A DNA stretch of 64,000 bases from Octopus vulgaris. Taxonomy: Eukaryota. The notes under the pieces were generated by a model. It did not search any database. It was not told where the DNA came from and saw only the letters and a program-made list of their open reading frames with translations. The position numbers were made by a program, and so were the translations under genes. Below, piece after piece: positions 51,585-64,000 of the stretch; position 1 is the first letter of the stretch; the number at the start of each line of letters is the position of its first letter. Where the stretch lies: contig OX597814.1 in the NCBI GenBank assembly GCA_951406725.2, positions 217,744,001-217,808,000 of the forward strand. Reading direction: 5' to 3'.

Positions 51585-54500
51585 ACTAGTGTTACAATAA
51601 TAACAATATTCTTTTCTATTGTTGTTGTTGTTGGTATTATTATTATTATTATTATCATCATCATCATCATCATCATCATTAAGGCAGCAAGTTGGCAAGA
51701 TGGTTAGCATGTCGGACAAAATGCTTAGCGACATTTCTTCCAGCATTAATGTTCTGAGTTCAAATCTTACCCAGGTCAATTTTGTTTTACATCCTTTCAG
51801 GACTGATAAAATAAAATACCAGTCAAGTGTTGGGGGGTCAAAGGTATCACTAACCCCACTGGCCTTGTGTCTGAATCAGAAACAATTATAAAGTAACCCT
51901 TGTAACAACAGTAAAGAGCACAATGGGGGAAGGGGGGGGGGTAATATTTTCTTCTACTGACATCAAACCACGTATTTTAAGGGAGAGATATTGTTGGCTA
52001 AACTGCCTCCCCCCCTCACCCGTGCTTGAATGGTATATATTTTGTTGGCACCCAATGGAATGAAAGATTACAGTCAACTTTGGCAGGATCTGAAAACAGC
52101 CATTATAACATTGAAGATTTCTCATAAGGCCACAAACTTGTAGCGAATGGAATAGACTTCAGTTCCTGATTAGTACTTAGAATATAGAGAGATGGAACTA
52201 ACGCTGAAAGATTTAGTCCATGCAAATAATAATTTAATCTAGCAGCCTTTTGTTATTTTCAATGTGTGTACTTTATAATTCATTACTTTTATATATTATA
52301 CAGCATTGACTTGACAGAATTTTTAGCCTGCAAGACAATATGCCACGAAGCATTTTGTCCGGTTTTATATTCTGAGTTCAAATTCTGCCGAGGCCAACTT
52401 TGTCTTTCATCCATTAAAGGGTTGATGAAATAAGTATCAGTTGAGCACTGGGGTTGATGTAATTGAATAGTCCTCTCCCATCAAATTTCAAGCCTTGTGC
52501 CTATAGTAGAAAGGATTATTTGGGCAGCAAGATGACAAAATCATTAGCAGGCCAGACAAAATGCTTGATATTTTTTGAGTTCAAATTCTGCTGAGGACAA
52601 CTTTGCCTTTCATCCTTTTGGATCAATGAAATAAGTATCATTCGAGCACTGGGATCAGTGTAATTGTCTGGTCACCTCCCCTCATATTTCAAGCCTTATA
52701 CTTATAGTAGAAAGAATTATTTTTACATATTATTTTTTTAAAGTTGTGAGTGAGAACCATGATATTAGATAGATGACCTTACAGCAAGAACACTGATTTA
52801 AACAGCCTATTAAAGGTATCGCATCATAGTTCAATAGAATTGTGATGCAAAGAAAATGAGAGTAGATGAATAATCTTAAGAACTGTGAAGATAAAATGAT
52901 ATGGATTACAGACACACAAACATAATGCTAGCAATAAAACAGGGAAGACTTTCTGTGAGATTTAAGACTTGTGTGTGCATATATGAACACTAAATGTTTC
53001 ATTAAACATTTGGATTTAAAAAGCAAGGCAGAGGAGTTCAGTGTTATGAATATCAGATATGGTAGCTTACATTTCTTTTGTGCAAGTTTTGCATTACCTA
53101 TTGGTCGATTTGTTGGCAGACAGGATACTCCAGCTATTGTAGGAAGTAAGAACCATAGAATTAGTCAGTGTAGACATGACCGTCCCCACCACCATCACTC
53201 ATGCAATATGCACATAAAAACAAATTAAGCATAGACATTGACTAAACTCAAGCTTTGAGTGATTGATACCTATAAATGATACCTATTACAATCCCAATAG
53301 CTAAAAGTGAATGTATATATGTAGGTTGCAAGTTGTAGACCACAGTTCTTCACCTATGTAAACAGAAATATTACATAAGGATATATCTTTTTCTCAAGGA
53401 GCAGGTTATAGGATACACAATTTCTTTTTCTGATAGTTAATTAATAAAAGGTGGTGTGTGTGTGTGTGATTATTTGCAAGCAATAATTCTGAGTGAATCA
53501 GTATTCCTTGATCAATGGAAGACGATCAGCATCTTTTTAAAGCAAACCATCCAAAACGTGGTGAATTCATGAGATTACATTTATTCTAGGAATTAATAAC
53601 AATAGGTATCAAAACGCAGCATCAATTATCGGTCAGTGACATGTAAGGCATGAGATGTATACTTTACATTTATATTGTTATTCTTACTTTTAAGTAACAA
53701 TGGGAAACCTTTTTCTAGAGTAGACCTATGCCACAAGAATAACTAAAATGTTGCTTAATGTTGAAGAGCATCTCAAGAGATTTACTGTCCCAACGAGGAC
53801 ATTGCTTCATGTTTTTTTGCATTTGTAAAATATGCTAAGACACAATGGGAAGCATCATTTATCGTTTTTGGGCCAAGTGATGAAACAAGGTTCTCTGTAC
53901 AGTCTGGTCTGAGGAAACAGAATGCTACCAATGAGGGTGGCTTAACATTTCTTGAATTGTGTGATTAAAAACTTTAAAGAGGAGTATTAAAGACGGGAAG
54001 ATCATACTTGAGAAAGAAAAGAAGAGATTAAAGTTAACATCTAACAAAATTAAAGTTAATTTATCTCTGAAGATTTGAAATTAATCAAATGACCATGATT
54101 TAATTCATTAAACAAATGAAAGAATATAGGAATTAATAAGAGGGAAATAGGGAAAGAAACACCAACATAAGTTTAAAAATAAAAAATAAAATTAGTGCAA
54201 ACTCTCATTACATATTTTCAATACAGATTTAAAAGTTAAATTTATAATGTAAACTAATGAAAAGTAACTATTAATTAACCATTATATAATTTTTAAATGA
54301 TTTATTATCTCTGTATATGTACTGTTAATAATTGCACACACTTTTCTAGTATCATTATTTAAGTGTCATTTTCCTTTCTTTTTTGTGTGTTGTATAATGT
54401 TTTCTTAAAAGCCAATTTATTAGTGATGAAAATAAACTAAATGACAGAGTTTGAGGAAAGTTGCTAGAGTAAAACAGAAATATCAGTATAAAGATATTTT

Positions 54501-55295
54501 GTGGATAGTTGTGGAAGGCTAGGAGATGAAAATAGTAACTTAATGAATGAGATAAAAGATGATATTTAACTAAAAATTTTTTAGAGATCAGTGATTTAAC
54601 AGAGAAACATTTTTTCTCTCCTTTAACATTTTTTATTGATGGACAAAAAAAAAGTCATCTTTTCAGCTAATTAATTATGTGATTAAATTTTAGTGTTCAA
54701 GAGAGCAACAATAAGTCTAATCTTCTTGAGACAAAGTTTGTTCAATTAAATTTCTAAGGCATCATTTCATTAAGGGGATAATTTCAAGAATAAATAGATT
54801 GTGCATTCTGCAGATGTTATTTAGAAAAGATAACTGGGAGACAGAGATAGAGTGAGAGAGAGAAAGAAAAGGAAAGGATAATTAAAAGAGAAAAGATAAT
54901 GGCTTCAGTTTTTCTAGAGTCTAAAAGAATTTTTATAAATTTGGAAATATTGAAAAATTTTATGAACCATTTCAACCTTTAAAATTATGAAAGGGCAGGG
55001 AAAAAAAGTAAGCACATAGTTAAAACTTACTTCTGTACTTTTTATATATATATATATGTGTGTTTGTGTGTGTGCGTGTGAGTATAAATGTATATGTAAT
55101 ATTTTAAAATATTTCATAAGTAATCTAAAATAATTTTAAAAATATCATTTTAAAAATGTCAATGATAAAAAAAAATGATAATGATGACAATCAGAGTGGC
55201 TTCTTTTTTTTTATGTTGTTGCTGTTTTTTTTGTTTGTTTTTGATATTTTTAAAAAACATGGCAGGGGGGAAAAAATTTGGATATAAGTACAATG

Positions 55296-55883
55296 CTAGG
55301 AATTAGTTTCCCCATAATTGTGTTTAACCATGAAATAACACACATTACTTTGTTCTCCATTTTCACAGGTCTGTTTTATATCATGTGTATCTGGTACATT
55401 TTCAGTCACTGACAGGGCATCTACTACAGTGTCACTATGTATTACAGTGCGTGGTTTACGCATATCTAAACTCCTAATTGGTTCAGAAGCTGGAGACTCA
55501 CTTCGACTGGTGTTGTCCGTAAAAACACTATCTGCATCAGAGCCAATCACATCCAGTTCAGCACCCTCTGATGAAGACTTTGTTACAGAAGTGCCAGAGA
55601 TTTTTGCTTTCAGTGGCTGGTGTTGCTGTTTTTCAATGCCTTCTTCTCTGCTACAAACACCTTCTACCATACTGCTACTGCTGCCAATATTTTCACCGTT
55701 TTGGTTATTGCTGGCACCACTTCTATTACTACAAACACTATCGTTCAGGGGTCCAAGAAACCAGTCTGATCTCTGCCGTAAACGCTCCAACTGCCGGCGC
55801 CTTACAGAGTTGTAGCGACTCAAACATTTTGTCTTATGGTCACTTCGTAATTCATTTAAATTATCTTCTAAGGATTTTGGACG
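55296..55883 (-). CDS. Large exon of unidentified minus-strand gene, Ser-rich probably disordered tail (RPKSLEDNL...RYNSVRRRQLERLRQRSDWFLG...GETNS*); possible internal donor at 55349
   Basis: tttgcAG acceptor with phase-0 entry matching the previous exon; about 195 open codons of non-repeat sequence. Confidence 0.8.
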   Translation of the reverse strand, partial: RPKSLEDNLNELRSDHKTKCLSRYNSVRRRQLERLRQRSDWFLGPLNDSVCSNRSGASNNQNGENIGSSSSMVEGVCSREEGIEKQQHQPLKAKISGTSVTKSSSEGAELDVIGSDADSVFTDNTSRSESPASEPIRSLDMRKPRTVIHSDTVVDALSVTENVPDTHDIKQTCENGEQSNVCYFMVKHNYGETNS

Positions 55884-56099
55884 CTGCAAATAAAAAAAAA
55901 CAAAACAAAATGAATAATTGAAAACCACTTTTTAATTAACAGTTTTAACTACAGATACAACATTCACTTTCTGGACACTAATGGTATGGAACCTCTTATA
56001 ACCTGCATTAATTTATAAGCAAGCACTTTCAATTCCCGCAGTTGCCAGACTAGTTTAATGGGTAGATCTGTTTTACAGTAATTTACACAGTACAGTACA

Positions 56100-56317
56100 T
56101 GAGGGTGGGGCTGAAAAGTTCCTGGCTTTGGGTAAAAGAAAATACAGGAGGGCCAAGTAATTATGATTTTATTCAACATATTCCCCTCTCAGATTCACAA
56201 ACTTATTGCAATGGTCCTTCAGTTTTTCTAAGCCCTATAAAAGAACAAAGAAGGTTGGGCCTCCAGCCAAGCCTTTCATGATACACTTAAAGCCAGGAAC
56301 TTTTCAGCAGCCCCTTG
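56100..56317. mobile_element. Mariner-derived MITE
   Basis: TIRs GCTGAAAAGTTCCTGGCTTT / AAAGCCAGGAACTTTTCAGC. Confidence 0.75.
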
Positions 56318-57623
56318 TAGTAATAAACTTGTATAATTTATATGAAGGTGCAGGTATGTGTATTTCACATAATTATTTAAGTAAATTTAATATTTGTTTA
56401 GTTTAGAATGTGCTGACCCCTGGTTTGAAAGAATCAGTAATCTGGAATGGCTTTGAAACAGAAGGCCCTGGAAAATCAATGTTGTACCTGTATTTATACT
56501 TTTAGTACACATGTAACATTCTAATCAGTTTATTCTTTTGATACTATTTCAAATGTTTTATCAGTAATTCAACATTACTTCTATAGCAAGCTTAGCATAT
56601 AATATCAAATAGTAGATACTATTTCTGCTCATGAAAAGTTTACAAAAATATATACATCACTAGCATCAGGATATGAATTCATAAGTGACGTGCCAAAATG
56701 TTGACATCTTATCTACATAGTTGTTGTTCCTTATTGAAGTTCTATGTAGGATATTTCTCAAGCATCTACATAAATAAAAAGCTGTAAACAGCAGTTTGAC
56801 TAGCTAGAAATTACAACAAAAATCCCCTTTAAATTACATTCTACCATCTTAAATAAGGAACAGAGATACTCCTCAAAAGACAGAATGGTCACAGCTGGAA
56901 TGCTTTTGATTAAAGATCTACTCAGCCGGGAATGATCTGGGGTTTAACAACATATATTCCAAATCAAAAGGATCCCCAAGGTTGTTTCAGAATCACAGTC
57001 TCCTTTGAGATTAGATAAATCTCCCCTACTTAAAGTAGTCCTGGATATATTGTATTTTCTCCCATTGACACCAAAACTAGCTTTTAACAACAAAAGCAGG
57101 TTTGCCAGTTTTATAGTTCTGCCATTACTTACATAAATGAATTATATTATCCTGTGGTGCCTACATAGAGCTTGGGAGTTGGTTTTTATAGACGCAAACG
57201 GCAATCTCTTGACTGATTGTCCAGTACTGTATTGGTTCAGACTCTAATGATTTTCTATGAAATTCTGGCATATATTCTTTCATGTTTAAAAATAAAGATG
57301 GCTAATTGTTGATTATTTTAAGAATACATCATCGTGTAAAGGATATAGCATTGCCTGAATTAACAAGGATGTTTCAATGCATCTATTAATTCCAGCTCAT
57401 ATCATTGAGACTACAGCCAGATGGGACCATGTTTTGTATGTTATCTAAAGCAGGATGTGGATTAGTTCAACTTGACAAGGGATTAACAATAAGTTCAGCC
57501 AGGAACAGAATATACAACTCGTTATTTCAAGAAACTATTTAATCCCATCTGAAAGCATTCAAAATTACATTAACAAACTCTTACCGGAGAGAAACATTAC
57601 AATCTCTCTCTCTCTCTCTCTCT

Positions 57624-57668
<45 letters not shown>

Positions 57669-57717
57669 CATAAATATATCCTCTCAGATTTTGTGTGTGT
57701 GTGTGTATCCATATATA

Positions 57718-58844
57718 TTGGGTCATCCCATAAATAATGCAGTTTTTTTATACTTCTTTTATTTTTCAAAATTAAGATAAACAAATTTTGTTTTCTACAA
57801 TGCTCTTCCAACTATCTGGTAGACTTGCAAGCTCCTTCTTCCAAAATTTACTTGTCTGTGTTGAAAAATACTCCTCCAGAGCTGTTCTGACTTCGTCTAC
57901 AGAATTCATATTTGTTTCCATCTAAATTATTTGAAGACTGCAGAATAAATGATAATCGAATGGGGCAGTGTCCTGCAAATATGGTGGGTGGGGCATCGTT
58001 TCCCATTCAAACTGCTCCAGTCTTTGGAATGCCATCCTCACTGTATGTAGCCAAGCATTATCCTGATGGAAGAACACCTTTCATCTTCAAACCAAAGATG
58101 GTCATTTTTCTTCTAGTGCTGACTTAAGCCACTCAAGCTGCTCACAGTAGATCTCCTTTGTTATTGTTTCGTTTGGGCTTAAAAGTTCAAAGTGGACTAA
58201 ACCTTTCATATCCCACCAAACAGATAACAATATTTTGTGTTGGTGAAGAACTTCTTTAGCCTGAAGTGTCAGTGTTTCTCCTTTCCCTACCCACTGTCTC
58301 TGGTGCTTGACATTTTTATAGAGAAGCCATTTCTTGTCACCAGTCACTATTTGGTCCAAAAAAGGTTCATTTGTGAGATGTGAGAACAAAGAAGAGCATA
58401 CATTCACTCTCTGCACATGATTAGGCTCTGAAAGTTTGTGAGGAATCCATTGACCCAATTTGCTGACTTTTCTGGTGTTGAATGGTTGAATGACCAAATC
58501 CTAGCTTCTCTACTTGTTCTGGAACCACCATTGACATTGGCTCACACTTATTGTCTGATCCCATAGACTGCATTAATATTCCTTGCACTTTCCGTTGCAC
58601 TGATGCCTTTATTGAACTCATTAAGCAAAATATGCCGAATATGCTCCTACGTCACTTCCATTATAGCTTTGAAAAAACAATTGTTAAAATGGAACTGCAC
58701 TCTTCAAAACTTGCACTAAGAATAAGCACAAGGTAAAATTACTACCTGCTTTTACAGCAAGTTCATGCAAGTAGTTTATCCCACCCCCCTCTGACTTTTA
58801 GTTCATGCAATTGAAAAAACTGCATTATTTATGAGATGATCCAA
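57718..58844 (-). mobile_element. Mariner element, same family as 31407..32134, more complete
   Basis: WIPHKL, IVTGDKKW, HPPY-x-D-x-AP-x-DYHLF motifs; about 30-bp TIRs with TA flanks. Confidence 0.9.
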
Positions 58845-58967
58845 TATGTATGTATGTGTGATGAACTCTCCCGTCAAAGACAATGTATGAGTGTTCAGCT
58901 TCTGCCAATCAACCTGCACAAATGATTTGTTTATAGTGATCAAAAGTATGTGCTGCACACTAGCTCA

Positions 58968-60037
58968 TCATCATCATCATTGTTCGACCGTGGTCGAGAC
59001 AATGGAATTTACCATGCTACGCCAGACTTCACGGTCCAATCATGGCATTACGGGGGTCCTGTTGCTGGATGCCTGTATCCCTGGAGATTACATCAGGGTA
59101 GGAGAGTGTGTGCCCTCTGGTATTGCGAGTAGATGGCTTCCAGAGGAGAAGAGTAGAAATTACTTCTTTTTCAGCTCTACAACAATGTCCAGCAAACTGG
59201 ACTCTCCTACCTTTCACAAGAGATGACACAGGTGGTAGTTTCCCATATATTTGCATTTTGGTTGGATGGCGCTTCCACGAGAGATTTTGAGCTCTCATAA
59301 GGAGGCGAGTGTAGGTTCCATCCAACCGCCTTTCAAGCTTCTTTGATAACGTCCAGGTTTCTGAGCCATATAGTAGAATTGGTTCGACTGTGGCCTTGGA
59401 GATTTCAAGTTTGAAGTCTCTACTTAGATTTGATGACCAGATCTTATGCATGTCATTACAGGTTGACCAGGCCATACCCTTTCTAGTTAGAAAGTCTTTT
59501 CCAGATGATGATATGTATGACCCAAGATATTTGTGATCAGAAACCATATTTAAGGGCGCATTGTTGAGAGTATGGATGATGCAATCACTGTTGGACAGGC
59601 ACTTGTTTATGTATTCAGTCTTGGCCTCATTGAGGTAAAGACCTACACAATTTGAGGCTTGTTCAAGAGATTGCAAAAGAGACTGGGCATTGGAGAGAGA
59701 ATCACTGATAAGAGCGATGTCGTCAGCAAAGACTTTTCTAAAGCGTTTGATTCTGTAGATAGGTACAAGATGTTTGAAATCCTTAAGCTCTATGGGATAC
59801 CAGACAAAATCATTTCTGCCATCAAGGTCCTCTACACAGATACGTCCTCAACCATCTTAACCCCTGACGAAGAAACATCATCTTTCTCAATCAAAGCCGG
59901 AATACTGCAGGGAGACACACTCGCCCCATTTCTTTTCATCATTGTTGTTGATTATGTGCTACGTATGTCAGTTGATACCATCTCTGGCAAGGGCTTTGAA
60001 ATAAAACCAAGAAGAAGTTCTAGACACCCAGCTGAAT
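58968..60037 (-). mobile_element. 5'-truncated RTE-type LINE with 5' inversion
   Basis: Minus-strand FADD...LLYGSETW...RRVQFAGHC plus (ATG)n tail. The inverted plus-strand block 59731..60037 encodes DFSKAFDSV...GILQGDTLAPFLF...HPAEY. TSD ACAC(T/A)AGCTCA. Confidence 0.9.
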
Positions 60038-60288
60038 ACACAAGCTCACTCTCTCCATCAAATTGACATTGCCTGAACAAGTGAACTGTGTACCACATGT
60101 CAGGTATTGAAGTGATCATGGAGCAATGCGAAATGAAGTTTTTTGCTCAAGAACACAATACACTACCCAGTCTAGGAATTGAAACCACGATCCCACAATT
60201 GTGAGTCCATGCGCTCTCTCTCTCTCTCTCACACACATACACACATCTAATAATAATAATAATAATATAAACAATAACAATGGTTTAC

Positions 60289-60533
60289 CTTGCTAATATC
60301 AGGAGAAGGGATAGTTGAAACTTCAGGTGCTGATGCCGTTGTAACATTGACGACTAGTTGTAAGTCTTCACCAGAATGAGACTCTCGGTTGGAAGATGGC
60401 CAATTGGGACCCACAGATTCTGAACGGATATTACTGCCATCAAATCGGGCAGGTCTTCTCAAACCAACATATTCATCTGATTGATAACGCACTTGAGGTA
60501 GGCTTTGATTGTAAAATTCTTCCTTATTTATAG
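60289..60533 (-). CDS. Internal exon of unidentified minus-strand gene (AINKEEFYNQSLPQVRYQSDEYVGLRRPARF...IPSPDISK)
   Basis: Pyrimidine tract plus ctatAG acceptor, AAG|GTAAAC donor; complex non-repeat open frame, phase 1 to 0. Confidence 0.8.
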
Positions 60534-61410
60534 CTATAGGAAAAAAGACAGAAATAAACAGAAGGGTAAGAGAAATTAATGGATGTCCAAAACTACTGAG
60601 AAAATAGTACGTAAAAATACTTGGTTTTTGGCCCAAGTTTTCTGTTCTTTTTTTTTTTTTTTGTTAGAAGATGTGTAGGATCTTTTGAATCTAAGTTGCT
60701 TCTTATTTTTGACTTGGATGGGGATGAAAAATAAAGTCAACCTAGGATGAATCTGAACACAAAAGTAAGAAAGACAAAACAAACGAGAGATTTTAGAGCA
60801 TTCAGTGCTACTCTTGTTCCTTTTTGCATTACTTTTGTACCATTGATAAAACTGGGTGTATATATTATAAAATAACCAGAAAAGTTGATAATTCATTGTT
60901 ATAAATAGCAAAAATTATTGAAACAATACCAATAGCTAAAACAAAATGCAATCAATGTAATAAAAAATGAAAATTTCTAAACAACATTTTTCTTATTTGA
61001 ATGTAGATATTCAATGCTAAATGACCTCAGCTCCATCCATGCATCAATACAATTTCATCTAAAAGACTTCACAAAAACAAAACAAAAAAAACATATCATA
61101 TACACGAGACACATTGCCTATATATATCTGTGGTAATTTGTGTGTAGCTTTCTGTGTATGTGTTTAGTATATCAAAAGTGGATAGTTTGATAGTCTACTC
61201 CAAGTTTTGCTCTGGGTTGTTCAAGAACATCTGTGTGTGTGTGTGTGTGTATACTCAGAGGCATAAGTGCAGACATATACTGAATTAAATACAATAAATT
61301 GCATCTAAGAAATAAAAACAAATAATTAAAAGTCATTTAAAATTAAAGAAGAAAAACCCCATTCCCATATATTTTTCAATTTTTGAATTGTTATAGCATT
61401 TTATTTAAAA

Positions 61411-61802
61411 CTAGCAGTATTGCCCGGCATTGCTCATGTTTGTTTTGACCCTTTAGAATTGGATATTTTGAAAAGTAAAAATGTTGCATTATGTAGCTTG
61501 TTATTCTCTTTAATTGAACATTTTTCTGGTTGAAATACACCGAGAAATGACGACACAGCAGTAAAAAAATTGTAAAAAATAGGGATTTTCATAGAAAAAA
61601 AGCACCTTTTTGATGTAAATAATTTTTGGTGTTAACATGGTCCGATTTGAATTTTTTCTTCTATGGAAGGAAGAGCAAGCCTTCTTCCAACATAATCTCA
61701 ATTTTGGTCAACTTGTGCTGCAGGGTCTCGGAGGAGATAGTGTTAGTTGAAGGCTACAAAACCTGCCATACACAGACAACTTCAGCTTTATATATATAGA
61801 GA
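61411..61802 (-). mobile_element. Non-autonomous Helitron (same 3' terminus, different body)
   Basis: Minus strand A|TCTCTATATATATAAAG...GAGCAATGCCGGGCAATACTGCTAG|T. Confidence 0.75.
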
Positions 61803-61975
61803 TAATTGAAGCATATGATTTGAATAATTAAAGTCTATAGGAACTCCCACATATACAGACACAGAAATAAAATGTCAGTCATAAGTGTCTTTGATGCACT
61901 GGGGTTGATTAAATCAGTTACAACTTTCCTTAATGGATTTTGGTTGTGTGTTAATATATTGTTTGGTGTAAGAGA

Positions 61976-62202
61976 TTAACCCTTTAGTGTTCAGATTATT
62001 CTATCAAACATAATGCCTATTGATTCCCATTGATTTAAATTAATCATGCATTATCTCATGTCGTCAAGATGTTGATGGTGTAATTACTTAATGTAGAATA
62101 ACATTGTAGGGTAGGTGTGAGAGCCTGGATCTGGTCAGTTTGAATATAAAGCAGATTAACTATTTTGGCCGGATATGGCCGGTTTAAATACTAAAGGGTT
62201 AA
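61976..62202. mobile_element. piggyBac-like MITE, second family (also 2084..2303 and 44859..45080)
   Basis: TTAA|CCCTTTAG...CTAAAGGG|TTAA. Confidence 0.75.
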
Positions 62203-62810
62203 ACTGCATCCAGTGGTGAAGTATTTCAGCTTGAGTGCTTTGGAGTTTAGCGGGGTACAGAGTTCCTTTTTAGTCATCACTACACCCAAGTCTGTTCTGG
62301 TCCAGAGTGGTAGCATCTGTCAAAGGTCCCAGTTACAGACAGGTCAAATAGCAGAGGATGGACATGTGGCTAAGGTATGAAGGGCTTGTGGGAGAGCTGG
62401 TATCTAGACATGCGTTACATAGATCTACCAATGTGTTAATGTCAGGTGAATCAGTGCCCCCCCCACCTATGAGTTAAATAGACCTTGTACCTTAGGAGAG
62501 GAGGAAACTAAAAGAGTAAATTGTAAACAAACCAGTAGAAGACAACAGGAAGCTCCTGCTGTATCTTTCCTAAGAAAAATCATGAATCAGTTCACCAGTT
62601 TTAGAGAGTTGTTCAGTAAATATTTGGCAACTTTCAAAAATAGTTTCTATAAAGCTTAGAAGGAGCTAAAAGGCACCTCCTACAGATAATGTCCAGCTGC
62701 TTCTTCAAATATGTTTGGCAGAACATGATCTTAGCATTGAGGCCCATGATCCCTGACACTTTTAGGCATGGCATATGGAGAGAGAGAGAGAGACTATGTG
62801 TGTGCATGTG

Positions 62811-62851
<41 letters not shown>

Positions 62852-62969
62852 ACATAAAATAAAAAAGTCACTGTTAAATATGGAAACTTATTTGTTAGCA
62901 AAGGTTTTTAATGTTTCTTGATAAATACATTTGAAAATCTTTTCATTAAATCAAAATTTATTTATTATC

Positions 62970-63315
62970 ATGGCCGTTGCCAGCGCCGCCCCGACTGGCC
63001 TCCGTGCCGGTGGCACGTAAAAGCACCATCCGTTCGTGTCCGTTGCCAGCCTTGCCTGGCCCCCGTGCCGGTGGCACGTAAAAGCACCATCCATTCGTGG
63101 CCGTTTGCCAGCTCTGTCTGGCGCCTGTGCGGGTCGCACGTAAAAAGCACCCACTACACTCGTGGAGTGGTTGGCGTTAGGAAGGGCATCCAGCCGTAGA
63201 AACACTGCCAGATCAGACTGGGCCTGATACAGCCTTCTGGCTTCACAGACCCCAGTTGAACCGTCCAACCCATGCTAGCATGGAAAGCGGACACTAAATG
63301 GTGATGATGATGATG
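62970..63315 (+). mobile_element. (GAT)n-tailed retroposon family (other copies about 10251..10540, 34470..34660, 39560..39828, 49674..50035)
   Basis: Shared GGTTGGCGTTAGGAAGGGCATCCAGC...CCCATGCTAGCATGGAAAGCGGAC..(GAT)n, with internal GTGGCACGTAAAAGCACC repeats. Confidence 0.75.
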
Positions 63316-63406
63316 AACACAAAATCCCTGATCTGCCATAAGATGAAAGGAAAAAGAACAAAAAAAAGCACGCACGCACACACACATACACACACAAAAA
63401 AGCACG

Positions 63407-63446
<40 letters not shown>

Positions 63447-63554
63447 TAATTCAGCATAAAACAATACCAACTATTTTATAGCATCTGATGCACTGAAAAA
63501 ATGCCCATCATGGCCGTGAGTCAAGACATTGTCATAACTTTTGCTTTATTTTAC

Positions 63555-63609
63555 CTCTGGTTAAAGCATACAATTCTTCATGCTTAGAACTCACAAGTGA
63601 ATTCCACTT
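63555..63609 (-). CDS. Candidate exon of unidentified minus-strand gene (KWNSLVSSKHEELYALTR)
   Basis: ttacAG acceptor and AG|GTAAAA donor; 55 nt with phase-1 exit matching exon 60289..60533. The pyrimidine tract is weak. Confidence 0.45.
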
Positions 63610-64000
63610 CTGTAACACACTTGAAGTAGTTCATAATGAGAAAGAGCATCAAAGCTATAACATCAATGACACCACTAACAACATGAAAATATCCACATTT
63701 TGGGAACCTTTAACACCTTTCCTAACACATACACACACACACACTATTGGTGCAATACATCGTGTGTGTCTCTTAGTGTTTGTGTTGTAGTTGTTTTCCC
63801 ACCACCACTTGACAATTGGTGTTAGTTTGCTTATGTTGCCTTAACTTAGTGGTTTGTCAAAAGAGATTGATAGAATAAGCACCTGACTTTAATAAATTTG
63901 GACTGGGGCTAATTTGTTCAACTAGACCCTTCAAAGCAATGCCCCAGCATGGACGGAGTGCATACTTTCTTGTCATTTTCTTTATTTCCTTCATATTTTA

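Noticed and set aside
55429-55921. Plus-strand ORFs of 128 and 116 aa
   Set aside because: Antisense shadows of the minus-strand exon 55296..55883.

Overview
This is AT-rich, microsatellite-dense animal genomic DNA. Its SINE/LINE/mariner repertoire resembles octopus (coleoid cephalopod), which is an inference. The + strand carries the last seven coding exons of SPAG6/PF16, an armadillo-repeat axonemal central-apparatus protein (547..16186). All its splice sites are GT-AG and phase-consistent. The - strand carries the 3' part of a convergent, unidentified gene with exons at 63555..63609 (tentative), 60289..60533 and 55296..55883. That gene has a phase-consistent candidate alternative C-terminus through a 25-nt microexon (44489..44513) and a terminal exon (21522..21564). 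The rest is transposon-rich: a near full-length decayed CR1-type LINE capped by a perfect 136-bp-arm hairpin, an RTE LINE with a twin-priming-type inversion, mariner and DD37D/maT remnants, piggyBac-like and other MITEs, two non-autonomous Helitrons, and young tRNA-derived SINEs with target-site duplications (TSDs). The most notable signal absent from the ORF track is a set of hammerhead-ribozyme motifs from several Penelope-like/retrozyme-like repeat families. Two have unusually long helix II arms and several sit in inverted-repeat arrangements. Most ORFs in the supplied track are microsatellite artefacts.
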